A DNA stretch of 64,000 nucleotides, from contig OZ260662.1 of NCBI GenBank assembly GCA_965285935.1, forward strand, positions 70,246,001 through 70,310,000, in the 5' to 3' direction. Of the stretch, positions 35,796-47,776 are shown piece after piece; position 1 is the stretch's first letter, and each line of letters begins with the position of its first letter. Origin of the DNA: Ophelia neglecta. Its lineage: Eukaryota. A program made the position numbers and the translations under genes. The notes under the pieces are model-generated. The model was not told where the DNA came from. It saw nothing but the letters and a program-made list of their open reading frames with translations, and searched no databases.

Positions 35796-38700
35796 GATTA
35801 TATTTGATCTGTTTAGTACTGTCTTTGAAATAGATCTGATGTTAACTATGAGAACTGTTGATCAGTTTTGAATGACTTGAGCACACACTGCATACCCTAA
35901 GTCACTACAATATTCCTTCTCCACTTGTGAAAATCTAGAATGATTTGCCTGCAAGAAAAGAGGATGTATTTTAAAATTCAATGCAAGATGCATTTCTACT
36001 TTTAAAAACTTCTAGCCGTACTCTGGCAATCACTCTGGCAATCCCACTATTTATAGTCAGTTTGTGGCAGCATCTCTGCTCCTGACAAAATGTTTCCCTA
36101 ATAAACCACAGCTGATAAATGGTGCCCTTATATGGGTGTGTTCTCAAATCTTATTATGTCTGACCCTTGCGTGGGCAGATACCTGTTACACGCTACCTGT
36201 GTCATAGGCTTAATTGACGTCACACTCTCAGATAGCCTTCACACTTCAAACCGCTGTGCTGATGGCTCCCTATCACGTTTTGTTACATGTGTAGCATTTA
36301 ACTACTGTGCCTATGTCAGTGTGGACTCTCCTGCTTTGTGCTATAAGCATCTATATTACAAGTCTGCTATAATTTATAACTCTTTCAAAGCATGGAGTCA
36401 CTCCCTTTGCCTTTTGATAAGGATTGACAAACCAAATTTATAGACAGGGTGTAAATTTCCTAGTAGCCTTAGTGCATGTGGTATGTAGTCATAGAGAGTT
36501 TATGATTACATAGACACATGATTGAACCACCTGTAGCGTACGTGCCCTGTATACAGGTTTTTCTATACATGTATGCTTTCATAATTATGTTCAGGCTATT
36601 AACATCATTTTGAAATGCATGCCCCCTGCTATCTGTGGGGATAGTCAATATGTCTGTGCCACTCATTGACTTCAAAAGGGGAGGTTACATGTTCACACTG
36701 GCAGAGATTACTTCTAGGATAAATTGGTATTTAGAACACACATGTAAATTTAACGTGTCCAAAAACAATAGATGTTCTCAATATTACAAGTGAATAATCT
36801 ACCAGTCAAGGTATTAATGAAAGTTGTTAATACAAACACAGAAAAAGCAAACATACTATAATAATAAATTTTTGCTTTTTTCTCACTGATACCCCACATG
36901 ATGAACTAATCATATAAAGATTGCAAAGACCACTAGGAATGTCAAAACAAAGCTAAGGAGGTGATCACTAACAGCAGAGACCCCACTGATTCTTTGCCTC
37001 CCCCCTTCCTACCATTCTCTATATTGGGGCGGAATTCAAATTGCAAATAAAACCGTAGGGGGTTTCATCAACAAAGACCAGGAGGTAATGGACTCAACCT
37101 CTGGTACCACCTAGCATATGAGGATATTATCATTCCAGATTGGGTATGGTATGAAATTTCACACTCAACTTTCAACTGATTGGCCAGACCAGATAAATTT
37201 GGACCAAAGGCCCCATTTAATGTCCCCATTTGAAAGCAATTTAAAAATACAGTAAAGCTTGTGCATTGTCACCAACCAAGAGTCTGTGAAATACAGGTCT
37301 GAATAGAGAGATGGCCTGTTTTGACAAGTTATTTAAGATTGAATGTGTACATTATGTTAGTGTACATGGTATTCACAATTTAAATTTAGTGGTCTGAGTT
37401 GACCGGTGGTCTTAAAATATAGTAAAAGTAAAAGTAAATTTAATCATTTTTGGCTAACCTTATGGGAAGATTATATATGTATTTTGTTATCAAAGTTATT
37501 TTCATGATTCAGGTGCTTAGTTTATAGACAGTAAAAGCAATGTGTCAGTACCTATGGGAGTCGTTAATTCCCCCCCTCGTTATTGTAATTAGCCACCATC
37601 AGTGGCATTGCCATGATCTTGGCATGCGAAAATGTGGCATTGTTTCTGATCTATCGCTATTGTAATAATAATATTTGTGTATAACAAGGGAATGGTAATG
37701 CAGCCAGACTGGCTGACATTTGGTTAAGTTTATCAGAGTTTATCGATGCTCCTTAGATTACAATGAAAACAATCAGTGTTAGCGTCAGAGTCTCATATAA
37801 ATTTCTGGCTTGGATTAAATTGCTATTGAGGGAGGCAGCATGAATCTAACCATAAACATATCTGGATCTCCTGCAACTGAATGCAAGCTCAGCCAATGAA
37901 TCATATAGCTTATTTAATCTAGTGCGTATATATGTATGTTGTATGTATGTAACTGACAGAAAAATCTGCACTAGTGCCCCCCCAACTTTTTTTTGGAATT
38001 TTCAGACATTAATTTTTTTCCTTTTCTCTCCATTTCAGACAATTTTGTGTGTTTGGATAAGGCATTATTTGGGATATATAAACTGTATACCGTCTAACCC
38101 GTATAATACAGCCACCCTTGGGACTTCTATATAATTCTGAGGACTTTTTAACAAAACTTTTCAGTATCAATATTCAATTTTGACCCCTTTGCATATTACT
38201 CTATGGGGTGTGTTTATCTGTGTGTTTCAAAGTCAACATTTGTGAAGCAAATAAGGCTACACACAATGGAATAATAACACAAATTTCCAAATTTGAGTTT
38301 TGGTAGTTCATACCCAACGACAAGCAGTGATTTCGCTAATTACGGGATCTGTGACCTTGCTCCAGTGTACAGTGTGTGTCCATATTGCGAAAGCTATTGG
38401 TGCTATAATGATGCTAGACAACAAATGAACATGAAAACCATATAAAAATGTGAACAAAGCTGAATTAGTACATGTATCTGAATACATATATCCTCTCAGA
38501 TGTCTTAACGCCTATACCATTAAATATATCTGTAATGGTTCAGCTTTTCTTAAATTACAAGCCACATCCCCTGTTTCCTCTTCCCTGCATTTCCTCATGA
38601 TTAACCTTCACTTTAACTTAGCTAATTAACCTCTATCATTATGGATGTAATCATACCAATTTCTTTATAATTATGCCATGTGTTTATAATCCACATAACT

Positions 38701-39599
38701 CTACAAAGGTGACAGTGCTTGTCTAAGAAGTGTATTCCAAGATTGCATCCTGTGATGAAACTATGCAAAGCATTTATAGATGGCAGCAGGTTCAGGCCAT
38801 TACTCACTTGTACGTTTCTGGTTCATGGATGTAATGAAAGGAGTAAACTGGTTTGGAGTATATTTTTTATTTCTAAACTAACACACCCTGAGGTAGGTGA
38901 AGTAGCATCCAGCCAGCAGAGTAGGCCATTGAATTAATCCAGCTGGTGCGTTACTCCTGCTAGTATGTGATGGTGGATGCCACTTCAGGGCACCCTTACA
39001 ATAGAGATAATCACAGAACTATTACAGGATACTTGTGTTCAGATATAGTGCGTGGGGCGACTCTGCAGCCACCGCCACCACTGCTTTCTAACATAAGAAA
39101 CCAAGTACTGTTGCCTGACAGGAAAACTTGGGGCCTGTAGGTCTGCACAAAGTTGACAATTGTTTTTGTAGTACCATGCTTATAGCAAAATATCTGCATA
39201 AGTGTCTGCATGGCGGCACCTGCCTAATAACTAAGAACTTGCTACCTTGACAGTGGAGAAAACTTTGGGCTTCAGCTGTCACATCCTCTTGGGCATGCAA
39301 GCTGAAACGCCTGCTAAATGCAAGGCCAAGTACCGTGCGTGCCATCAAATATAACATGCTTGAAGAATAGTCTGTTGACCACTAAGTAAAAAAGATTAAG
39401 TACAAGTAAATTAGCTAATTAGTAAGAGGCAAACTTATGATAATTATATGCGATTATCTAGCTTTCTATATCTTAGAGTTGTGGTGCTTATGGACCTCTG
39501 CTAGCATTTTATATATTTCATTCTATTTATTTTCATTTTCTTACTCGATGTTTTGAATAGAAGATGAGGCAAACAACATCCTAACTGTGGCCAACTAAC

Positions 39600-39895
39600 T
39601 ACTAGGCTGGTTACAATTGACAAATAGTGGGAAAAACCGGGGGAAACGGTTGGGACCCTCAAACCGTGCATGGGTGTCATGGGCAGGGTTAAAAAGTGCT
39701 GTGCCTGGCTTCTTGCTGTGACTTGAGCACTGGAATGACAGACTGAGGGGAGGACCCTTGAGTTATGGCCCCCCTGATTGTCTATTGTCAGTGGCTAGGC
39801 TGTGAGCCTTGTGGGTTTTTACTTTCGTCAGTGCACCTTAGTATCAAATGGGATGTGACGACCACACACTTGGTTGCTGTTGACAACAACAACAG
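39600..39895 (+). mobile_element. Possible old SINE
   Basis: ~300-bp GC-richer island ending in an (AAC)n tail; the central aaaaagtgctgtgcctggcttcttgctgtgacttgagcact resembles invertebrate SINE core domains; no clear tRNA A/B boxes. Confidence 0.35.
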
Positions 39896-40709
39896 TGTTG
39901 TTGCTCATTTGTTTGGCTCATTATCCTAATGACTGATTAAGCAACCCTTAATACCAATGGTATTTTGACCGACTGAGCATGAAAGATGTTATACAGTTAA
40001 ATATATTTAAATATATTTTATAATATTCTGGTTTCCATTGAACTGGTAGAGTTCAAAGGGCTCATATTCTGTAGAACAAGAGTGGGCATGGTTATTCCAA
40101 ACCTTTCCAGATCTTACAGACCAATGTAATCCAGATATATGGCACTCAAATCAACATTCTTATGATATCCTACAGATACATGTATTGCAGGTTGTTGGCC
40201 AATGCCATGATTAATCACAAGCTGAAGGAGCTTGATTACCATGGCAACCTACAGGTAATTTAAACATTTTGTCTTAATATTACAACTTTTTTCCAATTGA
40301 AAGGTCTTGAATTTTTACAATAAAAGGCTGTGGGTTCCCTCACCCCAAACCATGCATGATTGAGTCATCACAACACTCATAAAGTGATCCTTAATAAATT
40401 CACTGCTGGATCAATGCAACTAGGCAGGAGGCCAACCAGAGGCTCAAAAAAGAAGCAGCATCCTTTCTTTCATTTTTACACATCTCCCTTTTGATCTCAT
40501 TTGAGAACATCTTTGCACATAACCACAATGGCCTTTCACTGCTGACAGCATGGTTGCAAATATTGTGGTTAGCTGTCCTAAAATATTGGAATATAGGGCA
40601 TGCTGGCACCCCTGCTCAGGGTAGACTCCAGGTTGCCAGTCATTTTTTATTTTGATTAACCATCTCTTAATTCTGATACTAATAAATAGAAAAACTTTAC
40701 CTAAGTCCA

Positions 40710-41880
40710 TCATTGCACAAATGGTGAAAATTGAGAAAATATAACTTCATTTAACCAAATGAACAACAAAACACAAATTTATTTAGAATTGCAGCAAGTC
40801 TACGTGTTGTTTCTTGTATGCAGATTTATTTTCTGGTATGGTCGGACAGGCTTCTTAAATCCTGAATTGGTACACTACCATTTGGGCTATTCAAAATTCT
40901 TGGCCATCATTAATAGGGGGTGGTCCATACCTTTTGGGTGAGGGGGTATCAGGATAGGTTGAGATGCATTCTATCAACAACCCTTCTGATATTATTATAT
41001 AGATAATAATATGTATTTACATAGTAAATAATTAAATATCTAAATATATAAAAATGAAAATAAAAAGCCCAATAAGATAATTAGAACAATATAATATCTG
41101 TAGAAAAATAGACATTAAGTTAAACACAAAATATAAATATAAATTTGACATTACACACAAATTTAAATGCACATCTCCCAAGTACAAAACTGACAAGTGT
41201 TCCAATATAAATGCATATATGCCAAAGTAAACTAAAAAGATGGGTCTTCAGAGAATTTTTAAAACAGTCAATTGATGGCATATTACATTATTTTAATGGC
41301 AGATAATTCAAATCTCCACAATTGACTTTTGAAATCTTCTAGTCTTGTGCAATCTCATAATTTCCCCTAATTTCCCCTATGGGAAAATAGATTGGCTGCT
41401 CATGTAAACTATATTCGTGTGATGCTGGTTGGTTGCCAATTTTGTTGTTAGCAGCCCTCATATCTTGGGTGGTGGCAATTGCCAGCCCCTCCAAACCCTA
41501 AGATGTTGGCCATTGGGAATTGCCACAACAAATAGAGCATACAAGCCCTTCTGTTCAGGGTATTCTGGCTTCCAAACTTTTTTTTTCATTGCACAATTGA
41601 GTCATTGCACAATTGAGAACATGTCCCCTTAATTAATGCAAAATATTACAACAACCCCCAAATTTATTTAGATTTGCAGCGAGTCTACATGTTCAGGATT
41701 TTATTGTATACCGATATTTCCTGATATGGTTGGTCAGGTATCTAATCCTGAAATCAGTACACTCCTGTTTATGCTGCTCACAGTGATCTTACTAACTTAT
41801 TACAGTATATGCGCAAGGTAACTCACTTATGGCTTATTCAAAATTCTGCACCACCTTTAATAGTGGGTGGTCAATATCTA
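40710..41880 (+). repeat. Two diverged direct copies of a ~250-bp sequence
   Basis: 40710-40950 and 41587-41880 share cattgcacaa...aaatttatt(t)aga.ttgcagc.agtctac.tgtt...atggt.gg.cagg...aatcctgaa...gtacact...tattcaaa...gggtggtc. Confidence 0.7.
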
Positions 41881-44099
41881 TTACATCATATATATGTAAC
41901 TTACCTAGAATCACAGCGGTTTTCCAAAATTTTGCTGTTAGTGACCCAGCTGGGCATACACTCAACCTGAAAGTAATAGTATCCTTATTACCACCTTTCA
42001 ATGTTGTCATCACTCAAATTGGCCCCAACCTCAGGAGAAAGCATAAAAACACCCCATAGTTACATGTGTCACATGGTATTCAAAATCATTTATATTAGGT
42101 ACACAGGAAACAGTAAAGACAGAATAGCCAGGATAATATGGATAACCTTGCTGGATGAAGATTTTTTTGTGCATTAATTCAAATTTTGTGCATGGTAAAA
42201 TTCTTATCTTTACCATAATTCATCATAAATTTCAATTTCACAAAAGTACATACTTTGTATGCAATTTTCTGGCACTAATAATTACAGTTGATGGTGTGCG
42301 TGGCATCACTTTAAGCACCGATACCACCTTGTAGGCTGTGTTTGGTTTAAGCTATACTCATTTTATCCTTTTTATTACAAGTATAAAATCATCTTTTCCT
42401 TAAGTACTAGAAAAATACAGTAACTGTTCAAGTAACTTGAAAAATGCTGCCATATGATTTTCATTGATGGAAAATCTGATGCTAGATGCTTTGGTCACAT
42501 TGGATGAAGCTTTATTTACATTAATTGAAAATTGCCAACATTTTGCATATTGCATAATTCTCTGCTTTTGCTTAAAAGAATTTGTTCACACATGGGTGGA
42601 CCTTCTAGACCTTCTGCTATTATATCTGACCAATCATATAACACCCAGCTGACCCTTTCTGACCAATCGGTACCTTTGTTTATTATCTTTCTATGCTGAT
42701 AGTTAATTGCTCTTAGGTTGGGCAATTTGGTTAATCATACAACAATCCAAGTAATTCCAAAAGAATATGAGCCAGATGTCATATTCCTGACCATTGTGTG
42801 AGTAGGGATTTAAATCACATTACTGGCATTTTAATTCACATGTCCAAGTCATAGCTACAGGATGTGAACCGGTATCTAAAGTAGAATGTTTATTTCCTGC
42901 TGTGCAGAATAGCTACTCTCTGTCTGAATTGCATAGGCACTCCTTGTAATTTAATACTATAAAATGGAGTTAAAGACGTCATAATATGTTTTGCGCCTAT
43001 GTCTACATTTAGATATGTTTACGTTTACCTTATGCAAAGTGTAGACTGATGTGCTGCACATGGCAAAGAACTAAAAGGATGGTCGTTCTAGTGTATTTAT
43101 AGATTGTAAGATTAAGTCTGAGGTGTAGTTCTAGGCCATGCTAGTGAACGTATGCTTAGGGTCACAATTGAGCCTAGCCCAGAAAAAGGCCTAATTATGT
43201 ACAGGTAACTAATAACGTCAAAAAATGTGTCTTTAGTCCAGGAACCAGCCTCAGTGAACATGTTGTGGAAGGTGGACATAGCTTGGTAAATAAAAAATCA
43301 AATAAAAAACTGAACATCACCCACATTTTCCTGCAAAAATGGGGTTATACTGGAAAGTAAATAAACTGAGATCTCCACATAAAACCAAAGCTTTTAACTC
43401 TATTCAAATCCCATGGATTAACACTGAATCTTATTTCTCTCTTTCTCTTTATTTTTTAAAACTGGGCACTTACTTTTGTCCTGTTGCTGTGAAAACAGAT
43501 TAGAAGCTTGCTTAATAAGAGGATCATTGAAACAATAATCTACAACTGGCAATCTACAAACAAAGTGTATTTTGTGAAAATGATGCATCCCAACCAATTT
43601 TTATGCATAAAATTGATACTGGGATGGCTTAAGAACGAACCCTGTACAGAGAAATTTTTTCTTGATCTTAAAGCTTGGGTAAACAGATTTTTTGCAGCTT
43701 TAATGTGAAGCTAGCCTGTTGTTTAACAAGTTATGGCCTTTAGGTGTTTCTTTAGCTTAATTACCAAACATAACATTCAATAATTACGTCGCACTTATTA
43801 TCATTTCATGATATTGATTATGACTATATGGTTATAATTATAGTGTGCAGCCCACGTATTTATGGAAAAAACAAATGATTGAGTGCCTTTTACAATATCC
43901 AGGAAAAAATCATGACCCTGACAACAACAATAGTGTTCAAATGAACAAATGGTGTTCTTGCTGTCAAACTGTGCCATCAGGTCAACCTAAAACAAGGGGT
44001 TTAGAAAAACATGCCCTAAACATGTTTGTTGGACAGTCCACTCCCAACAAAGTCTAAAATGACATACATTAATCCAAAGAAACTTTTTTTCTCCTTCAT

Positions 44100-44880
44100 G
44101 TAATGCTAACAATTCTGGTAATTTGACCTTGAAAATTAATGCCAACTTGATAAATGCAGAATGTATTTTTTCCTATAGGTTCCCAAAATACTTCTAGGCT
44201 TTAACTGCTAAAATAAAGGCTGTAATAATCTTTTTCTGTAATTTGACCTTGTAAATCTGAAAACTCTCACTCTATAATAAGTGATAAAATATCGTTTCCT
44301 ATGTTAAACTTTGGATATTTGAGTTTCAACTTGGGAAATATCTTATTTCAATGACTTGATTAAAATGCTGCTGATGTTTGAGTTGGGTATACAAGAAGAG
44401 TGACTACCTTAACTTCTTTAATCAGTTAGACCTTAGATTACTTTTGAGTGGGTATAGAAAAATATATACTGCAAAATCAATTGTGCTTTATGCATTGACT
44501 TTGGCCTAGGTCTTTAAGGTCAAATAAATAGAAAAACAAGATGAAATCTTTACTTATAGGAGATAGAACCAAGATCAACATTGGAAGCCTATAGGAAAGC
44601 ATATTTTGCACATCTTATCAAGTTCTCATGTTTGACATTGGTATCAATTATCAAGGTCAAATCACTAAGTTCAAGATTCCTGCTTTACTTATAGAAGATG
44701 GAGCCTAGGTCAACTTTAGAAGCTTATGGGAAAGAATATGAAGTGCATCTTGTCAATTTTATTAATTTTGATCTTGGTGTCCATTTTCAATGTCAAATCA
44801 CAAAACCATGATTTCTGCATTTCAATCAACAGCTAGAAGCTAATCAACATTGGATGCCTATAGAAATCATATTTCTCTTA
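44100..44880. repeat. TGACCTT/AAGGTCA family degenerate tandem repeat, two blocks in opposite orientation
   Basis: + oriented cores at ~44121 and ~44241; reverse-oriented units at ~44495, ~44630, ~44768 match the reverse complement of the 29200-29950 units. Confidence 0.7.
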
Positions 44881-44984
44881 GTGGACTAGCACAAAATTTT
44901 GTTTCCCTACCAGTTTCTCCTTAGTTAATACACAGAACTAAGCTTTTCAAAGCTCTATTAATGCCATCAACATGTTCTGATGTT

Positions 44985-45560
44985 GCTCTGCAGACTTGGC
45001 CATCTCTATTATTTTTTCTAGTGTGAAGATCTTCTCTTGTAATAGTCACTTACTAATGGAACTGTCCTGAAAACCAAAAACTATGTGATCATATCCTATT
45101 TTATTTTCTAGCTATAATTACATTTTGCCACCTGGTATTTCAGTGCAGTGAGAAAAGCATCAAATGCCTCATCTTGTTGCTGGATTCCATGATTGAAGAA
45201 GTACCATGCACTCATAAATATGGTACATGCTCGCCAATTATTCAGTATTCTTTCATTTTCTTACAAACTTCAGCAAAATTCTTCTTATTGTCCTCATTTG
45301 CAGACCAGAAGACATTATAAACTTTCAGGGCACTTGTTCCGAAGCATGAGAGTAAGGTGCACACCTATACCTCAATAGCCTGTTGTTTGACCTTTAGAAG
45401 CCACTTTGCTACTCTGCCCATTTCATCCATTCTGTCCATATGGCTGTACTGCCTTAAGTATAAATGTCTGTCAGCGTCATCCACCTGACTGGTGGGCTTG
45501 GGGTATGGAGGAAAAATAAAACCTCTTTTTTAGACTTTTAAGCAAGTGCCCTTGCCCTCT
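44985..45560 (-). mobile_element. Decayed Ty3/Gypsy LTR-retrotransposon gag fragment
   Basis: Minus-strand translation with stops and frameshifts: EV*VCTLLSCFGTSALKVYNVF...NFAEVCKKMKEY / YFFNHGIQQQDEAFDAFLTALKYQVAKCNY / DHIVFGFQDSSISK*LLQEKIFTLEKIIEMAKSAE. This follows the invertebrate Gypsy gag pattern (QVATLL..G...Y; Q..GE..D.F...L..L...C.F; RD.IV.G..D...R..LL....LTLEKA...). Confidence 0.8.
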
Positions 45561-45701
45561 CCATACCTAGTCACACACAGACACTCTTCTGCAAACACCC
45601 CATTACTAGAATCCCCCATTAGAAATGTATACCCCATTTTCACCAAGCTGGCTGATAAGAGATTGCCTGGAATCACTAACTGTGTAAACACACTGGTGGT
45701 G

Positions 45702-46013
45702 CTAATCCTTTAAGTAAACAAGCTGCCATATTGGGACTGCAGGGACTACTTTTCTGAGGTTAAGAAATATTTTGACAAGCCATGGTAATTGACAACTGGC
45801 TAGTTTTACTTTGACAAGTCTTTGCTGTTCCTCGAATGGAGGTAGTGGAGCACGTAGTTCAAGCTGTGACACTACGATGTCACATCTAGGATATCCCTGA
45901 AAACCAACCAAAAAACCCTCTTCCTCTGTCACATCTTTTATTCTTGCGTTTGACCACCTCCCCAACTCATCCACGGCCTGCACCCTACTTCCAACAATGA
46001 ATACTCCTGCCAT
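45702..46013 (-). CDS. Orphan Tudor/chromo-barrel-like ORF (probably a first coding exon or gene fragment)
   Basis: aaaATGG start at 46013; MAGVFIVGSRVQAVDELGRWSNARIKDVTEEEGFLVGFQGYPRCDIVVSQLELR fits the royal-family pattern F.VG..V.A.D..G.W..A.I......V.F.GY...D..V....LR; candidate acceptor ttaaccttcttccggtag before 46081. No downstream exons identified. Confidence 0.5.
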   Translation of the reverse strand: MAGVFIVGSRVQAVDELGRWSNARIKDVTEEEGFLVGFQGYPRCDIVVSQLELRAPLPPFEEQQRLVKVKLASCQLPWLVKIFLNLRKVVPAVPIWQLVYLKD

Positions 46014-46914
46014 TTTTAGGTCTACTCGCCACATCCAGCCATTGAATAATTGTGAATGATTGCGTCCGAATGTTTTTGTATCTACCGGAAGAAGGTTAAC
46101 CGCATGTGTGGTGCGTCGCCGTTAGAAAGTAGTTCCAGCCTCAAAGTTATCCCATTCTACCCGTGAATGATTCAAAGCGCCATTTATCGCAACCAATAAA
46201 TAGTTAGGATGATTCTTTATCCTTGGGTAGACTAAAAGTGCATTATTTTGCCTACGGTTAAATATTATCATTTACCCAGTAAAAATATTGACATGTATTC
46301 ATGCGCCCGAGTGTAGGCAGTGCTGGCAGTGTTGTTGTCAGTCCTATTTCAGGCAATTCTTGGTCGATTTTTGTGATTTAAAGTTGCACAGTTTTTATTT
46401 TTTAATCAACATTTTATATATTTAGTTTTCGAAGCGGAAAAACACATAATAAAATAAAGCAGAAATTGAGGCCAAGACAATCGGGATTGCTGTCATGCAC
46501 TGGCTCCGTGTACTATATAAAACACACAAAACCAAATCCCTTGGCGAATGACTTTTAAAAGTCACTTCTTTTTATTGAATTTCTAAATTTCTCTAACCCA
46601 ATTGCCTTTTAGAGAGATTGACAAACAAGGACAGAAACTATAGCCATCGTTCACATATTCTTTGATTATTAATTAAAGGGCGCCTAGCAATGGAGTTTTC
46701 TAGATTTTATATATAATCATGCGTATAAGCCCTATATAATAATCATAGTCTTCATGTGAAATGCTTTTATAATACAACAATGACTATAAAATAATTATCT
46801 AGTTTACCTGAAACAATTTTTGCTGATTTGGAGTTTCGTTTTTTAATAAATGCATCACAATAAATATGATGCCAGACAAGAAAACGATATGTTTGAGTAA
46901 GAGGAAAACAATTA

Positions 46915-47700
46915 ACTTACGATCCCTTTTCTTCGGCACTTGCTGCTTCAGCATGATGCTCATCCTATTTGAGTGTCTGCAGCTGCTGTTATCATGTTGT
47001 GTTCATGTGTTAGGGTTCCACGTGATTTCATGAGTCGCGTGTAGAATGTAAGGTAATTAGTGGCTGACAATTTGTTTTCCAGGGGAGTGGGGGGGGGGGT
47101 CGTGGTTTTTGTTTTTGGAAAAGGAAAAATATAAAATTGCTTCATTTATAATATAATAATGACATTTTGCCATAGGTCTATATAAAACCACTAATTGTGT
47201 ATGTACTGATTCTTATATAAAACCCTAGTTTATGAGGAAAAAAAAGAAAAAAGACAGTAAGATTATTATTTTTGCGTTGCCGCCACCAAAATGGAGCCTT
47301 GGCTCCCCCTAACCTTCCCCCCCCCCGCCCATGAAGTTAGCCACAGTATACTCGATCGGGTTTCTTTATCAGTGCCATATACCCATAGGTATCGACACTA
47401 TTTTAATATGCCTAAATATACTTCGCGTTACACAATGTTACTATTCAGACTGTTATGCATATATATAGGAAGCATATTTGACGTGAAGGAGATTCTTTTG
47501 CAGAAGCAGTTCATGTCTGATAGTCAGAAAAGTGGCAAAGTTTAACACACCCCTGGAGTAACCCCCCCCCCCCCCATTCTCTTCGCCACGTGCTACGGCG
47601 ACAACGACCTAATAAACCATAATAACCATAAGCAGGTAAACACACGTTGCGTCACCGACTGCCGCCAGGTGGCAGTATACGATGACGATATTGTCAAGTG
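46915..47700 (-). promoter_or_regulatory. Candidate minus-strand promoter and first non-coding exon with E-boxes
   Basis: Minus-strand donor ATC|GTAAGT at 46920; CACGTG at 47019-47024 and 47587-47592, CACGCG (minus) at 47036-47041, CACGTT at 47643-47648; locally CpG-rich. Confidence 0.5.
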
Positions 47701-47776
47701 CACCACAGGTAGTAGAATTCTTACGCCAATCATGGGCCGCCTTACAGACAGCCATTGGAAAGGGCGAACCGAGTAT

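Noticed and set aside
38900-39360. GC-richer block with 66-89 aa ORFs
   Set aside because: No recognisable protein in the frames I translated; could be an enhancer or old TE but unsupported.
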